Shown one piece after another: positions 11,213 through 24,000 of a stretch of 64,000 nt of DNA. This DNA is from Zygnema circumcarinatum SAG 698-1b (Eukaryota > Plantae > Zygnematophyceae): assembly GCA_037447605.1 (NCBI GenBank), contig CM074806.1, forward strand, positions 4,774,001 through 4,838,000, read 5' to 3'. Position 1 is the first letter of the stretch; every line of letters begins with the position of its first letter. The translations under genes were made by a program, and so were the position numbers. Below the pieces are notes generated by a model that was given only the letters and a program-made list of their open reading frames with translations, made no database searches and was not told the origin of the DNA.

Positions 11213-13640
11213 TCACCGAGCAGGGCTGAATAAAGGGCAGCACCCCTTCGGGCGAGCGGCTTTGAAGGATGCAAACGAGTGTAAAGCTTGCGGATCAGCC
11301 ACAATTTTCATCTGCTGCTTTTGAAGGGTCGCCACAATGGTAAGGAAGCTTGGCCGCGAATCCGGATTGGCATGCCAACATTGCTGCATAAGACTCACTA
11401 ACTCTGCAGCTCCATACTCAGGCACTGGAGGGCGGGCATTCTGCAGGAAGAAGGAGAAGATTTTGAATGTGTGAAGCAGAGATTCGGTAGGAATGGTAGA
11501 GAGGGAAAAGGGAGAAGGAGAGGGGAGAGAAGAGGAGGCTGGAGGAAGAGAGGGGAAGCAAAATGCTCAACGGAGCAAGGAGCTCACCCTGTTCACAACA
11601 GCAAAGGCAGCTTGTACTGCCGTCATTCCGCTGAACGGCAGTTCTCCGGTTATAATCTCCCACAGCACGATCCCAAAACTGTACACATCCACCTTGTCGT
11701 TGTATGACTTGTGCTCGATCATCTGATAGCCGTCCTCCCCTCCCCTCCTTTAGTCCACAAGATTGACCAGGGCTCAGCTTCTAAGGCAGATGACAAAACA
11801 CACGAAAAAGCTGCCTAAAAGGGGCAGACTACCTGCTACGAGAAAGAGAGAGAGAGAGATAATCGATGAAGGGATTGGAAGCAAGAAGATGTCTATAGAC
11901 AAGTGAGAACAGAGTACAAGGGAGAGGAAATATGAAGGGGAGTCTCTATGGATGAAAAGCACTTACTTCAGGTGCCATCCAGCGGTAGGTGCCCATCTCA
12001 GCAGTCATTTCAACTCTTTGATCGGCAAGTCGCGACACTCCAAAATCAACAACCTTCACTCTGCCGTCCTCCGCAAGGATCAGATTGTCAGACTTCAGAT
12101 CTCTGTGGATGACTCCCTGCAGCATGACCAGCGCATAAAGGTTTTTCAGAATCCACTTGATGACTCGCAGACACAGAACCCTGTACTAGCAGATGACCAG
12201 GCTCCATCCACAACAGCAGCGACAACGGTCATGTCCTGCATAGCGCAGAGAGCCTGAACCCTGCCTTGGATTCCGACTTCATGATGCCATAAACGTAGTA
12301 TACAGCACATTTCTTGCTTTCCTAGGAGAGGGTACTCCGATTAGAAATGATGCGGAGGAGCACACCTCTTTTTGAAGGTACGCCATTCCCTGTGCAATGT
12401 CGAGAGCAAGAGCCACCACCTCGTGGGTGGGAAGCCGCCCTTCCAGTCCATGCAAAAAGCTGCGAAGGGTTCCCTTGCTCAAGAACTCCGTTATGACCAT
12501 ATAAAGGGGAGGCTTCTGACATGCCCCGATGAACTGCTCACATCCCCCGCACCCCGTTTTTTCTAACATAAGCTCATCGAACAACCAGAGTCCAAATAAA
12601 GATAGTTCTAATAGTTCTGAATCCTCTTCATGAAGCAAAATAAAGTAGCAGCCTCTGAGGCATCACAGAGTCCAGCAGAAGTAGATTCAGATATTGATAC
12701 TTAAAAAAGAAAATGAAGAAAAGAAGGAGGAAAATGGTTAGAATCAGGATAGTTAGGAGCAATTGTGGAGCAATGTGTCTGTAAGAACATGTAATCACCG
12801 TTCCATGAACAAAGCCGCTTAGAGAGTCATAAGCTTCTACTCTCTCGTTTCATAATTGAAAAAATAAGAAAAACTTGCGAGACACTCATAAACCCGACTC
12901 GATAACACTTTGATCAAACATTGACAGCCTCCCACTGAGTCCGTCACACGTCAAACCTGACCAAACCCTTCCGAAGCCAAGCATGCAGGTTCTCACTTCC
13001 CCCCTCCCCTCGCTGCCCTCTCTCCCCCCTCTCCCCTCTCTCACCTCTCTCCACCTCCCCTCTCCCCTCTCATCCCCACTCCCCCTCCCCCTCCCCCTCC
13101 CGCTCTCCCCCTCTGCCCCACTCCCTCCCTCCCTCCCTGTCCCCCTCCTTCCCTCCACCCTTCGTTCCCTCTCTCATCCCTCCCTCCCTCCCTCCCTCCA
13201 CCCCTCCTTCCATCCCTCCATCCCTCCATCCCTTCCTTCACCCTTCCCTTCCCCTCTGTCTCCCTCTACCATACCTCCACGATGTTGGGATGCGACAGCC
13301 TCGCAAACATGGCGACCTCCTGATTGAAGTGCTTCTCCAGCTTCCTCTTCTCTTCCTCATTCTCCGGCTCCCGCAGAATCTTCACTGCCACCATCCTTTC
13401 CTTATAGTTTCCGCGATACACGCGTCCGTACGACCCTGAAGCGACCTTTTGCCCTAAATAGAGCTTCGTCAGATCGACGCTCCACATCTCATACCCCTTC
13501 AGCGGCTGCCATGGCGCCTCCTGCTGCTGCTCTCCCGCAACTCCGCCAATGCCTCGCTCCCCCGACCCGAGCATCGTCCCTTCTCTCTCAATCCCTCTCT
13601 CTCGCCCCTCCATACTCTCTCTGCCGTCCTCCTCCGCCAT
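11213..13640 (-). CDS. Raf-like (group C MAP3K, STY/HT1-type) Ser/Thr/Tyr protein kinase, 5 exons, ~348 aa
   Basis: Exons: 13275-13640, 12366-12533, 11967-12116, 11588-11722, 11213-11440 (1047 nt). Motifs: [55 protein letters not shown]. Confidence 0.95.
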
Positions 13641-14433
13641 GGAGCTCCAGCTGCATATGGCAGAAGACTAGGTTCATTAGAGATCCTGCACGAGCTCGAC
13701 CATGGCGGCGCCGCTCCGCCCCATCTCCATGGCGGCGAGGAAAGCAGGGGAAGCGGGAGCGGGAGGGACTGAGGACAATGGCGGCAGCTCTGGTCCTCCA
13801 AGGGGCCGTTCACTTGGCCTTTGTGCATTCTGTACGTTACCCGAACTTACCTGACGTCATCAAACGGGGTAGAGACCTGGAGAGGTGACGAGTTTCAAAC
13901 CGCGCGGACAGGTTTGCGACTTTCAGCGGGCGCGCCTTCAGACCGGAAGGCGTCGGGCAGAAAATGACGTCATTCAGTTTCGGGTGTCAGACTGACGCTT
14001 TAGTCCGAAAAGAAAATATGACGTCAGCAACTGTCGTTTCTCTATCTGCAAAAACCGCGTCCTGAGTTTATTTTGGAAAACCAACAAACCAAAAAAACTG
14101 GCGCGTAACAAAAACTGCAAAATTGGACCGTACGAAAACGTACAAATCGGAGATGCGGCTCCGAAAATATCATTGGGCAGGTCAAGATCGGTCCTGCTCG
14201 GTGGATTGAGAGGCATTATGAAAGACGGCAGAGGCCGTACGCTCAACGTATCATAACCGTACGGCTGCGCCTGTAGGATTGACCGTACGGAGGTCGGTGG
14301 CGGCAGCCGCGAGTCGCGGCCCTTCGGGGCGTTGACCGGGCCGGCCCTTCCGCGGCCCGCGGGAAGGGCAGGCCGGGCTGACGGACGGACGGACTGAACG
14401 GACGGCTGGCACGTGCGAAAATTTTAATTATTC

Positions 14434-14562
14434 GCGTCAATGAGGTGCGTATGGCTCAGAAAGATATTGTTTGCGTCAATGCAGTGCGAATGGCCGAGGA
14501 AAGAGTTTTTTGTGTCAATGAAGTGCGAATGGATCAGAAAAATATTGTTTGGGTCAATGACG
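14434..14562. repeat. 39-bp tandem repeat, about 3.3 copies
   Basis: Units start at 14434, 14473, 14512 and 14551 (partial). Approximate consensus GCGTCAATGNAGTGCGAATGGNTCAGAAANATATTGTTT. Confidence 0.9.
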
Positions 14563-15027
14563 TTCCATGAGTCGCGCGTGCCCCAAGGAGCCTCGTTGAC
14601 GCGGGAGTTACGTGGCCAAGGGTGGGCTCTTAACAGCGTTTCACAGTTCCGTGTTGGGCCACGGACCCTCTAAACCCAGGGAGGTCAGTTTGGGATCTCG
14701 ACCGACGCAAGCGACGGGGCGGGTGACGTGTTGCATGCGGGGGAGTAGTTTCAACGGGAGCCATCTGTTGAGGTTCTATGAGCAATCGTTGCTACTGGAA
14801 CGGGCGCACCATAGAACGGGAGGCTGTGTCACAGTGCCATGGGCTGGAGAGAGGTCGACTGTGAGGCCATGGCGGAGAGGGGGGAGGAGGGGGAGGTTGC
14901 AGGGTAGCAGGGATGTGGAGGAAGGGAGGAAGGCGGTGGATGTAGGGAATAAGAGAGGGAAGAAGGGAAGGAAGAAGGGAGAGGACGGTGGGAGGGAAGG
15001 GGAGGAGGGAAGGAGAGTGAGAGAGTC

Positions 15028-18000
15028 ATGGAGGTGCCTAATATGTTCGCTGAAAATGCAGCTGTGTGGGTGCCGGATATGCGAGACATGTGGGTGAAGG
15101 CGCAAGTACTCAAGCAGCAAGCTGACAATTTGACGGTGCACCTGATCAAGGACAAGCGCGTGGTGAGTTCTTCTGAAACAAGCATTCCTGTGCTCGCTGT
15201 CTTATCATATCTCATTTCCCAGCTCACAAAATGATGGAGCCAAGTGAACGAGCAACCTGGGGGTCAAGCATCAAGCTGGAAACTAGTACAGAAAAAATTA
15301 GGGCTCAGGGTCAGGAACGAAAGGCGCCCTCTTGCCTGCTAAGATTCAGCTTTTGCCTTAGTCCCCTGCATTTTGCGAGCAAGCTTTCACATTCTGCAGA
15401 TGAGGCTTCGAGGACGTAAAGGCGGATGTTTTGAAGTAGAAAAACCCGTCAGCGTACCAGGCATTGCTGCTGAAGTCTTTGATGCTGGCAGGTGACGGTG
15501 AGGGCCTCGGAATGTTATCTGAGGGAGGAGCATTCTCGGACGGTGGATGACATGACGCGCCTCGCTTACCTTCATGAGCCAGGCGTCCTTCATAACCTTC
15601 ACCAACGATATGAAATTGATCAAATATATGTACGTCTTGGGACTACCTTGTCAATTTTCTGTGGCACTGTATTAGGAATTGGTTTCTCCCGATGCTGAGA
15701 CAAATGTCTATCCACGAATGCTGCCCCAGCAACCTCAAGCTTATTCGTTTTCTCACATGAACATTGTACCCATATAGATGTTACACCAAACCAACACATC
15801 ACAGAGTATGCTTATTCATGAATTAACGTAAAATGATAGAAGGAAGTTGCACTGCTCTCACCCTGCGCGCCTGTACATAATCACCGACGGATAGTATGGT
15901 GATCAGAAGTGATCTGAGGTAGCTCGTTTAGGTAGGCATTCATGTTACCTCTGTCAGAATCTTGTATGCATTGGGTGCCATGCTTTCAGAATATTATTGA
16001 TACTAGTGATAATAATAGTGAAGTAATGGCAATGGCGACATCATCAAATGTACAGAGGAAATGGCCAATATGAAGAACCATTGTGAAAAGATAACAAATG
16101 ACTAGGGAAGGGGTTTTACCGTATAGGAACATTAAACGTTATTTAGTTTGTGACTCTGGGATGAGTTTAGGACACTTTCTTTCTGTTGAAATTGAGAAAA
16201 GGTGGGACGATGGCAAAATCTCTTCGCTTCGATTCCACCATATTTTCCTCCCAGCCAGAACTACTACTACAGAAAGTGTGCCAGATGTTTTCTTGTGAAC
16301 CCGCGTGATTTGGTGTCATGCAAAAAGCATATTGTGAAGGAATATAATAGTACTGTTCATGAGTGTGGGGTCAAAAACTCAGGTGCTTTTACTCTTTCTG
16401 GTGTTTGTTTGGATTGAGTTTTTGTTAACTTGATGCCTTGATCTGTACTTATTGGTCGTATATTATTTACTTGGAAGTAAAGAATCTGAACGTTTGCTGC
16501 CTCTTAACGAAGCGCTGTGTTGATGCAGACCTATACGGGACGCATCCTGATTGCTGTAAACCCATATGCTCCCCTGCCTAAGCTTTACGACAGCACCATG
16601 AGAGAGCAGTATTTGGGGGCTCCACTTGGAGCACAGGCTCCCCATGTCTTTGCGGTGGCAGATGCTGCTTACAGGTCAGAAAACCTCACAGGATAAGTAA
16701 ATCTCCTCAACCAACAAAGTCTTGAAACCCCTGAATAAGTTGCCGGGGGAGCTTGCTTGTTTTGCATCTTTACAACCACATGAGCGGTGCGGTTTGACCG
16801 AAGGCTTCTATCCTCTTCTCTGACAGTAAGTGCGAGCAGAAATGGGTAGGCAGAGCTCCATGGTGCATGAGTTCTATAATCTTGAAGACCGCAAAACTTT
16901 CCAAAACCCAAATCCAATAAAGGCTCTTCCACATCCCTTTTTTAAAAGCAGCTTTTGTGGACGTAAAGCTACTTTGTCTTTGCCAACCTCTCCAGCCATT
17001 GCGCGGTGATGGCAGGGCAATGAGGGAGGAGAAAAAAGGGCAGTCTATCCTAATCAGCGGAGAGTCCGGAGCAGGCAAAACTGAAACCACGAAACTGGTC
17101 ATGGAATATCTGGCCACAGTGTGCAGCCCTGCGGCAGACAGCATCCGCGGCATAGAGCGAATGGTCTTAGAGGTGAGCCCCATATAAGACGTTAGCTCAG
17201 AGGCTGAGTTAGGTCGAACCTGCTTACTTTGCTCCTTCAGAAGAGTGGTACAGACCATTTTCACAAAGCCTGCCCTTCGTTAGGAACAACTGCAAGGGCT
17301 TGTTTCACTTTTGTGAAGGTCATGGAATAGGATGGGCATGCAATTGCCCTTTGATAGACACACGAAAAGCTTTTTGCAAAAGAAGACAAATGAAAGTTTT
17401 AGAAGCAGTCTGATGGTTAGTAGCAATTGCTCTGTCTGTGCAGTCTAACCCACTTCTGGAAGCCTTTGGGAATGCGAAAACTGAACGGAATAACAATTCG
17501 AGGTATGTCTACCTTCAGTCTGAATACGCATTGCTGTTATTTGAAAAAAAAGCTGACGCACAAAGCTCATCAAAGACGCACAAATGAGAGGATATAATGA
17601 GGTATTGCTGACTGCCGATTTGTGCAGCCGATTTGGGAAGTTTATCAAGGTCAAGTTTGATCGAATGGGGAGAGTCTCCGGCGCAGCAATTTTGTCATAC
17701 CTTCTGGAAAAGTCGAGAGTGGTGCACATCAATGAGGGGGAGAGGAATTACCACTGTTTTTACCAGCTCTGCTATGGAGCCTCTGCAGAGGTAGCTGCTT
17801 CACCACTCCTTGCACAAATTTTTCATGTTGGAGAAAATGAGAGCCAAAATTCAGTGCGAACTCCAACTTCTGCAGGAGAAATTTGAAACAAGCCAAAGGA
17901 CATTCTTTGACAAACTGATGACTTCTAGTCTACAGTCTTCCTTTGCAGGGCTATCTTTTGGTTCAACTCATGAATAGACGGGATGGCGGGGAGTGGGTGC

Positions 18001-21000
18001 AGGAGGCCAAGAAGTACAAACTGACAAGTTACCGAGCCGAAGATTTCCGGTATCTCAATCAAAGCAGCTGCTATGAGGTGGATAAGCCTGATAAGAATAG
18101 TACGGAGTTTGGGCTCACAAAGCGAGCGATGAGTATTCTTCAATTCTCAACAGACGAGCAGGTGAGTAGTGCAAGCCCTCTCTCTTTCTCTGCTACCTGC
18201 AAAGCCTTCTTTCGTAAAAGCATCCTAAATGGACTCTCTCCGTGTCTCTGTTTGTGTGTTGGGGGGTTATCTTCTGGGCAGGAGTCTGTTTTCAGAGTGG
18301 TTTCAGCCATTCTGCACTTGGGAAATGTCTCGTTCGAGATGGACCCATCGCAAAGCGTAGTGCAGGTGATAGCGGGAGAGGCGGAGAAGCACCTTCACTA
18401 TACAGCCGAGCTTCTCAGGTAAGGCAGGTAGAGCCCTTCACCTGAATGGAACAGCAGAAGCCGCTCCTAATGTGCCTTGAATAGAGAGAGCATTTGTCAG
18501 TTGTTCACATCTTGTCACTCAACATCTCAGCAACCACTCTGCTGAAAGTTGTTCCCCCCCTCCCCCCCTTTTTTTTTCCATTAGATGCGATGAATCTGCA
18601 CTGCGGCAATCTCTCCTCACCTCCACCATGAAGGTTTCAGGGGATGTCATCATCCTCCCAGCGCGCGATGTGAAGGCAGCAGAAGTGAAAAGAAATTCCC
18701 TTGCGAAAAACCTCTACTCTTCCCTGTTTGACTGGTAACAAAACTTCTCTTGAATCACAACTGGATAAGCAACTTATTGTGAAGGAGATACCCACAACGC
18801 TTGCTATGCATATATCATGCATTTGTTGCTTCATATGGCTTTATACTTTCAGCTCCTTGACTTGAAGCAGTCTGTCCTTCAGGATTGTCGCAAAAGTGAA
18901 CGCTGCGATTGGAGAAGAAGGGACGGAGGAGGTGACGGAGGGCTTCATCGGAATTCTCGACATCTACGGATTCGAACACTTCAAGCTGAACAGGTTGTAA
19001 AAATCGCAAAAATCGGCCATTTTTATGATGTAGATTTCGCGTTCTATGTTCATATGAAGTCGAGGTTATTACTATTCGCGATTAAGTCCCAAGCAAACAT
19101 CTGCTAGAGACACGAGAATGGCTTAATGGGTTTTTTTCCTGTTTTGAGGGGTTCTTTCTGAGGATGCTTCTCTTGAAGAATATTCACTTTTGTATTCTTT
19201 TCCCTCATAGAATTTCCTTTCCATGTTTGAACCTCCCATTGTTTCTACTCTTCCTTGTTGGGTGGTGTTTCAGAAAGTTGCTAGTTTTTCAGAGTCTGTA
19301 GTTTTCGTTATTTCTTTTTTCAGTCCCTCACTCGGCGCACAACTGGGCCCCCAGTTGGGCCGTACAGTTTTGAGCAGCTCTGCATCAACTTGGCCAATGA
19401 GAAGCTCCAACAGCACTTTAACTTTGTAAGGCCACCAATCAAATCTCATCTCAAAAGAGGAAGTTGAGTAAACCACATTCTCATTTTGCAGATTGATGAA
19501 TAGATAGTTTCCTGTCACTTATTTTCGCGTTGAAAGTGGTTTGCAGCACGTGCTGAAGTCAGAGCAGGAGGAGTATGAGATGGAGGAGATCAATTGGAGC
19601 AGGATCGCTTTCACAGACAATCAGGATTGTCTCGACCTCATAGAAGGGGTCAGTGAAGACTGTCTCTCTCGTTTGTAAATTTCAAATCAATGCCTAAATT
19701 TGCGGTTTGCTTTCTTGTCGGAGGAAACCCTAAAGCCTCCAAAAGCCCAAGCTCCTCAAAATCGACCTTTGGAAAATAGTTGCGTCGATGACTGCAAAGA
19801 TTCTGCTGACAGAGGAGAAAGGTTTATCGATATCTGATGATGTGCAGAATTTTGGCATTCTTTCATCGCTTGACAGTGCATGGTGAGTAGTCTTCCCTGC
19901 ACTCTTCTTCAGTGTTCTGTGGTTGTTTCGGCCTTTGTAGAAATTCCTACTGGGCTAATCAAAAGTATGTACATACTATCACCTCGCAAAGCATGTGGAT
20001 AACCTACTGCGCTGATCTGCTTCTGCCTAGCAAACCTTTGTTTGCTGCAGCATGATGGAGTCGACCACAGCAGAATTGTTCACACGAAGACTTTCAGCCC
20101 AGTGGTCAAAGCATGACCGGTTCATGAAGCCCAAAACTTCTCGCACTGAGTTCGTGTTGGACCACTATGCGGGAAAAGTGAGAGCCGCTTGCCATCTTTG
20201 AGGGTTACCACTTTCTGTCTCTGCTTCAGAGTACTCCAAAATCCTATCATGAAGCTATGTCTACAACCAATCCCTTAGACAAACGAAGAACGGAAGCAAT
20301 TACATCGTTACAAGGAGTTTGGAACGGAACGGTTCGAATGCATGGAGTGTTTGTGACGCAATAGGTCAACAGTGAGCATGCGAATGTTTGCAAAGCATCC
20401 CAATGGCCAATGGCCAATGGCTAATGGTTAACTAGTTAAAAGAATATGTAAAACGTATATCTGGAAGATCTGTATTATTGTTCACGATAATGACTACCCC
20501 AAAAAGCACTGCAACTCTCCACCTAGCGAGTGCTGAAGCTCCCCCTCCTGCTGCAGGTGACGTACTGTACGGACGAGTTCATCACGAAGAACAAAGACGC
20601 TGTCATTCCGCAACATTTTGAGCTCCTTTCTCTCTCCGGCGACGAATTCATCGCTCGCATGTTCCCCCAAGACAAGCTCGCGCAGGTTTCGAGATCCAAG
20701 TTTCTGTCTCTAGGGACCTCCTTCAAGGTAGACATGAAATGAAATTCTCATACTAATGCTGTGTTCAGACTTTGTTTCTCATGCATTTTGAAACGCTCGC
20801 TAGTTGGGGCATTTGGAAGTGATGTTCGAAAGCCCGGCTGTTGTTTAAAGGTGATTGCTTTTCTTTTTGTATGTGCAGCTGCAATTGGGAACACTGCTGA
20901 ATGACATAAACAACACTCATCCACACTATATTCGCTGCATAAAGCCCAACTTGGAGAAACATCCACGTGTGTTTGAAAAGAAAGTCGTTGTCATGCAGCT

Positions 21001-24000
21001 GCAGTCTGGGGTGAGTTCATACATAAACCTTCTCACCTTTACCAAGCACTGTGCGTGTAATGGCCGATTCTTTTATGTTTTGTTCCTTTAGGTACAGTTT
21101 ATCTTAGGACCCAACTTAGTCCAGAGTCACAGCTGCATTTTTTTTGCATTGTGGGTGCAGGGCGTGCTGGAAGCTGTTAGAATGTGCTCCGCGGGATATC
21201 CCACTCGAAAAGAATTCAGCGAATTCTTGAACCGTTTTCGTATTTTAGCCCCAACTCTTCTTAATGAGCAGTACACACAGACACTCTCTCTCCTCTCCTC
21301 CTGTCTGCCTACTTTTTTGCCAGTTGCAAAAATAGTGCTTTTCCTCCTAGGAGTCTAAATGGCAGCAGTAATGCATAGAAAAGGATGAAGGCATATGCCC
21401 ACCCTTTCACTCGTCAAACATCGGTTATTGATAAAACAAAAAAGAAAAGAAAAGGGTTTCGAAAAGTGTTAGCAACCTTACGCATCTAATCCTCAACTTT
21501 ATTTTCGATTCTTTTTATTTATTTTGCAGAACCGAGAAGAGGAGCCAATGCATGAAGCTCCTTGAGCATGTGCAGGCAGAGGCTTGTGAGGTCAGCTGCG
21601 AACCTTTTTTCTGCTCTTTGCAAGCCCACGTTTGCAGAAACAAAAAATTGTAGGGAAATATCTTGTCTGGCAAGGATCGAGCTTGCAACCTCACAGCATT
21701 CATTTTTTTAATGAATCAAATGGCAATCCAATGGTTCATCGTCTCCCTCTTAAATGCCCACTGTTTTCGTCAAATTTCTGTGGCTCCATGTCCTTGTTTT
21801 TACCAGGTGGGAAAGTCCAAGGTTTTTCTGCGGGCAGGGCAGATGGCTGCCCTGGAAATAATGCGCCAAAGCAGAATGAATGCTGCGCGGAGCATCCTGC
21901 AAGCCGTGCGAGAGAACATCGATCGCAGGAGCGCTGTATTCACTCTGCAAACCTGGTGGAGGGGTGAGTTGTCTTTCCATTCTCAGTCTTAACTGACCTC
22001 TGACAGTCATCCAATGCTGCTCTGAAATACGAGTGAGGAAAGGAGGTGGGGCACAAAAGGGGAGCAACTGATCATGCATTTTTTTGTGGAGTTTTTTTTT
22101 GCAGGATTTTGGCTAAGGAAGGTGCACATTGTAGGGATTCAATTGCGAGCAACTGTGTTCATTCAGAATTTTATCCGTATGTTTCAGCAGAGAGGGAAGT
22201 ATCTTGCCCAGAAGCAGGCAGCCCTTATCTGTCAGGCAGTCTTTCGAGCCCTGCAAGCGAAGAGGGAGTTTCTGGAGTTGCGAAGGAACTGGGCTGCTCG
22301 CAAGATACAGGTTTTCACTCATACTTGTTATCAACCTCTCTCTCCCAACTCCACACTCTGAATATATATATATGAAGAGTAAGGCAATGCAGGATGCATG
22401 CATGCAAATGGAGACTGGTTGAGTTTATAAAGCATTTGGAAAACTGAGGTGAAGTTTTGAGGGAGACTATTGGGGATGGATGCAGAGCTCCTGGCGGGGA
22501 TATGTCAGATTGAAGCCATGGATGATGCTCACTTCAGTCATGAAGGGGCTTAAAGCACGAAGAGAGATGCAGCAGCAGCTCCAATCCGACCCGCAACAGC
22601 CGCTACAGTCCCCCCCAGCTGATGCTAAGGTGGGAGATGCTCTCATTTAGCTCTGTAACTGTGTTCAGTTTCATTCGACTGCTGCTCTGCAGTTTAATAT
22701 CAAATTAACAGTGATAATCATCACGTTATGAATACTAGAGTCTGGGATGTTTCGATGAGAGTAGAGGGGGGAGGGTTGGCGGTATTCGGGTGACAGGTGG
22801 CAGCCCTACCGGCGCCGATGCCTGCACCTCCGCTAATGGACAAACCGAGGGAGCTGAGGGGCTACATTCTGATGAGCAAAATGAGGGTGAGATAGATGTC
22901 CATACGCATTTTCCGCCAAATTTCGGTGCACCCACCCAAAATTTGAAGCCCTTTTTCTTGTGGGACTGAGGGTGAATGCATGCTTTGGAGTGTGAGTGCA
23001 GGAGAAGGCAGAGAGGGCGAAGAGAGAGACTCAGGAGATTTTGGAGACAGTGCAGAGAGAGAACAGGGGGTTGAAGTCGGTGGTGGAGGCGAAGGAGGTG
23101 GAGGCAGAGGAGAGGGAGGGAGAGCTCCGGCGAGCGCAACAGCTGGCAGTGAAGGCCGCCATGGCCATAGAATCCATGGTGGCAAAAACCCGCACTGAAC
23201 AGGTATTGAAGGGAGGGGGGCTTTCTTTTTTGCTTTGTTATTATTATTGCTCGGGTTGAGGTTGTTCAGAGGGCTCAAGGTTCGATGTTTTTTTCAATTT
23301 GGAGAGCCTGCAGCAGATGGGTTTGGTGGGAGAGAGTTTGTTGATATCTCCCGCGTTCGGAATACAACGAAGTTTGGGTTCAGCTCTGATGTGAGCGAGA
23401 GTTATTTATGACCCCCCACCACCACTGGCAGGGCTATACGAGGTCTTTGACTCTGCCCACCAACGCCCCTTCAAACAAAGTTTCTTCTAGAGGGGCTACC
23501 TCCCCCTCTCAGTATCTTCAGACTCCTCGTCCCACCCACATGCGAGCAGAGGAGAGACTACCCAGAGCAGTAGAGCAGGCGAAGCAGGTGGTAGAGCAGC
23601 TGCTGGAGGAGAATCACGTGCTGAGGGAGGAGAAGGAGAGGGCGGAGGCGAAGGTGGTGAGTTCGGCGAAGGAGAGGAGCAGCGCAAAGCGGAGGGAGGT
23701 AGAGGCGAAGCATCAGGAGGAGATGGATCACTTGCGAGCCAAATTGCGGGAGCTTGAGTCGAAATTGGCAAAGTGGGTCCCACATAGGGTGGAAATCTGC
23801 ACTTGTGTGAATGTCAAGCTCGATGTGCATGTGGGGCTTTCATGTACCTTGCTTCCTCCCTTTCTCCGAGAGCTGTGTGTGTGCTGTTGATTCGTGTGAA
23901 TTTGGCTTAAATTTTTCTTGCAGGAAGGATCATGAACTTGAGGTTCTGGGCAATCATCTCCTTTCTCGGAGCGCACAGAGCCATGTGAACCCTGTCAAGC

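Noticed and set aside
20399-20427. (CCAATGG)x4 tandem in a myosin intron
   Set aside because: Short simple repeat with no further structure.
23767-23780. GTCCCACATAG resembling the plant snRNA/telomerase-RNA USE element
   Set aside because: It lies at a myosin splice donor, with no correctly spaced TATA box and no template or Sm-site region downstream.
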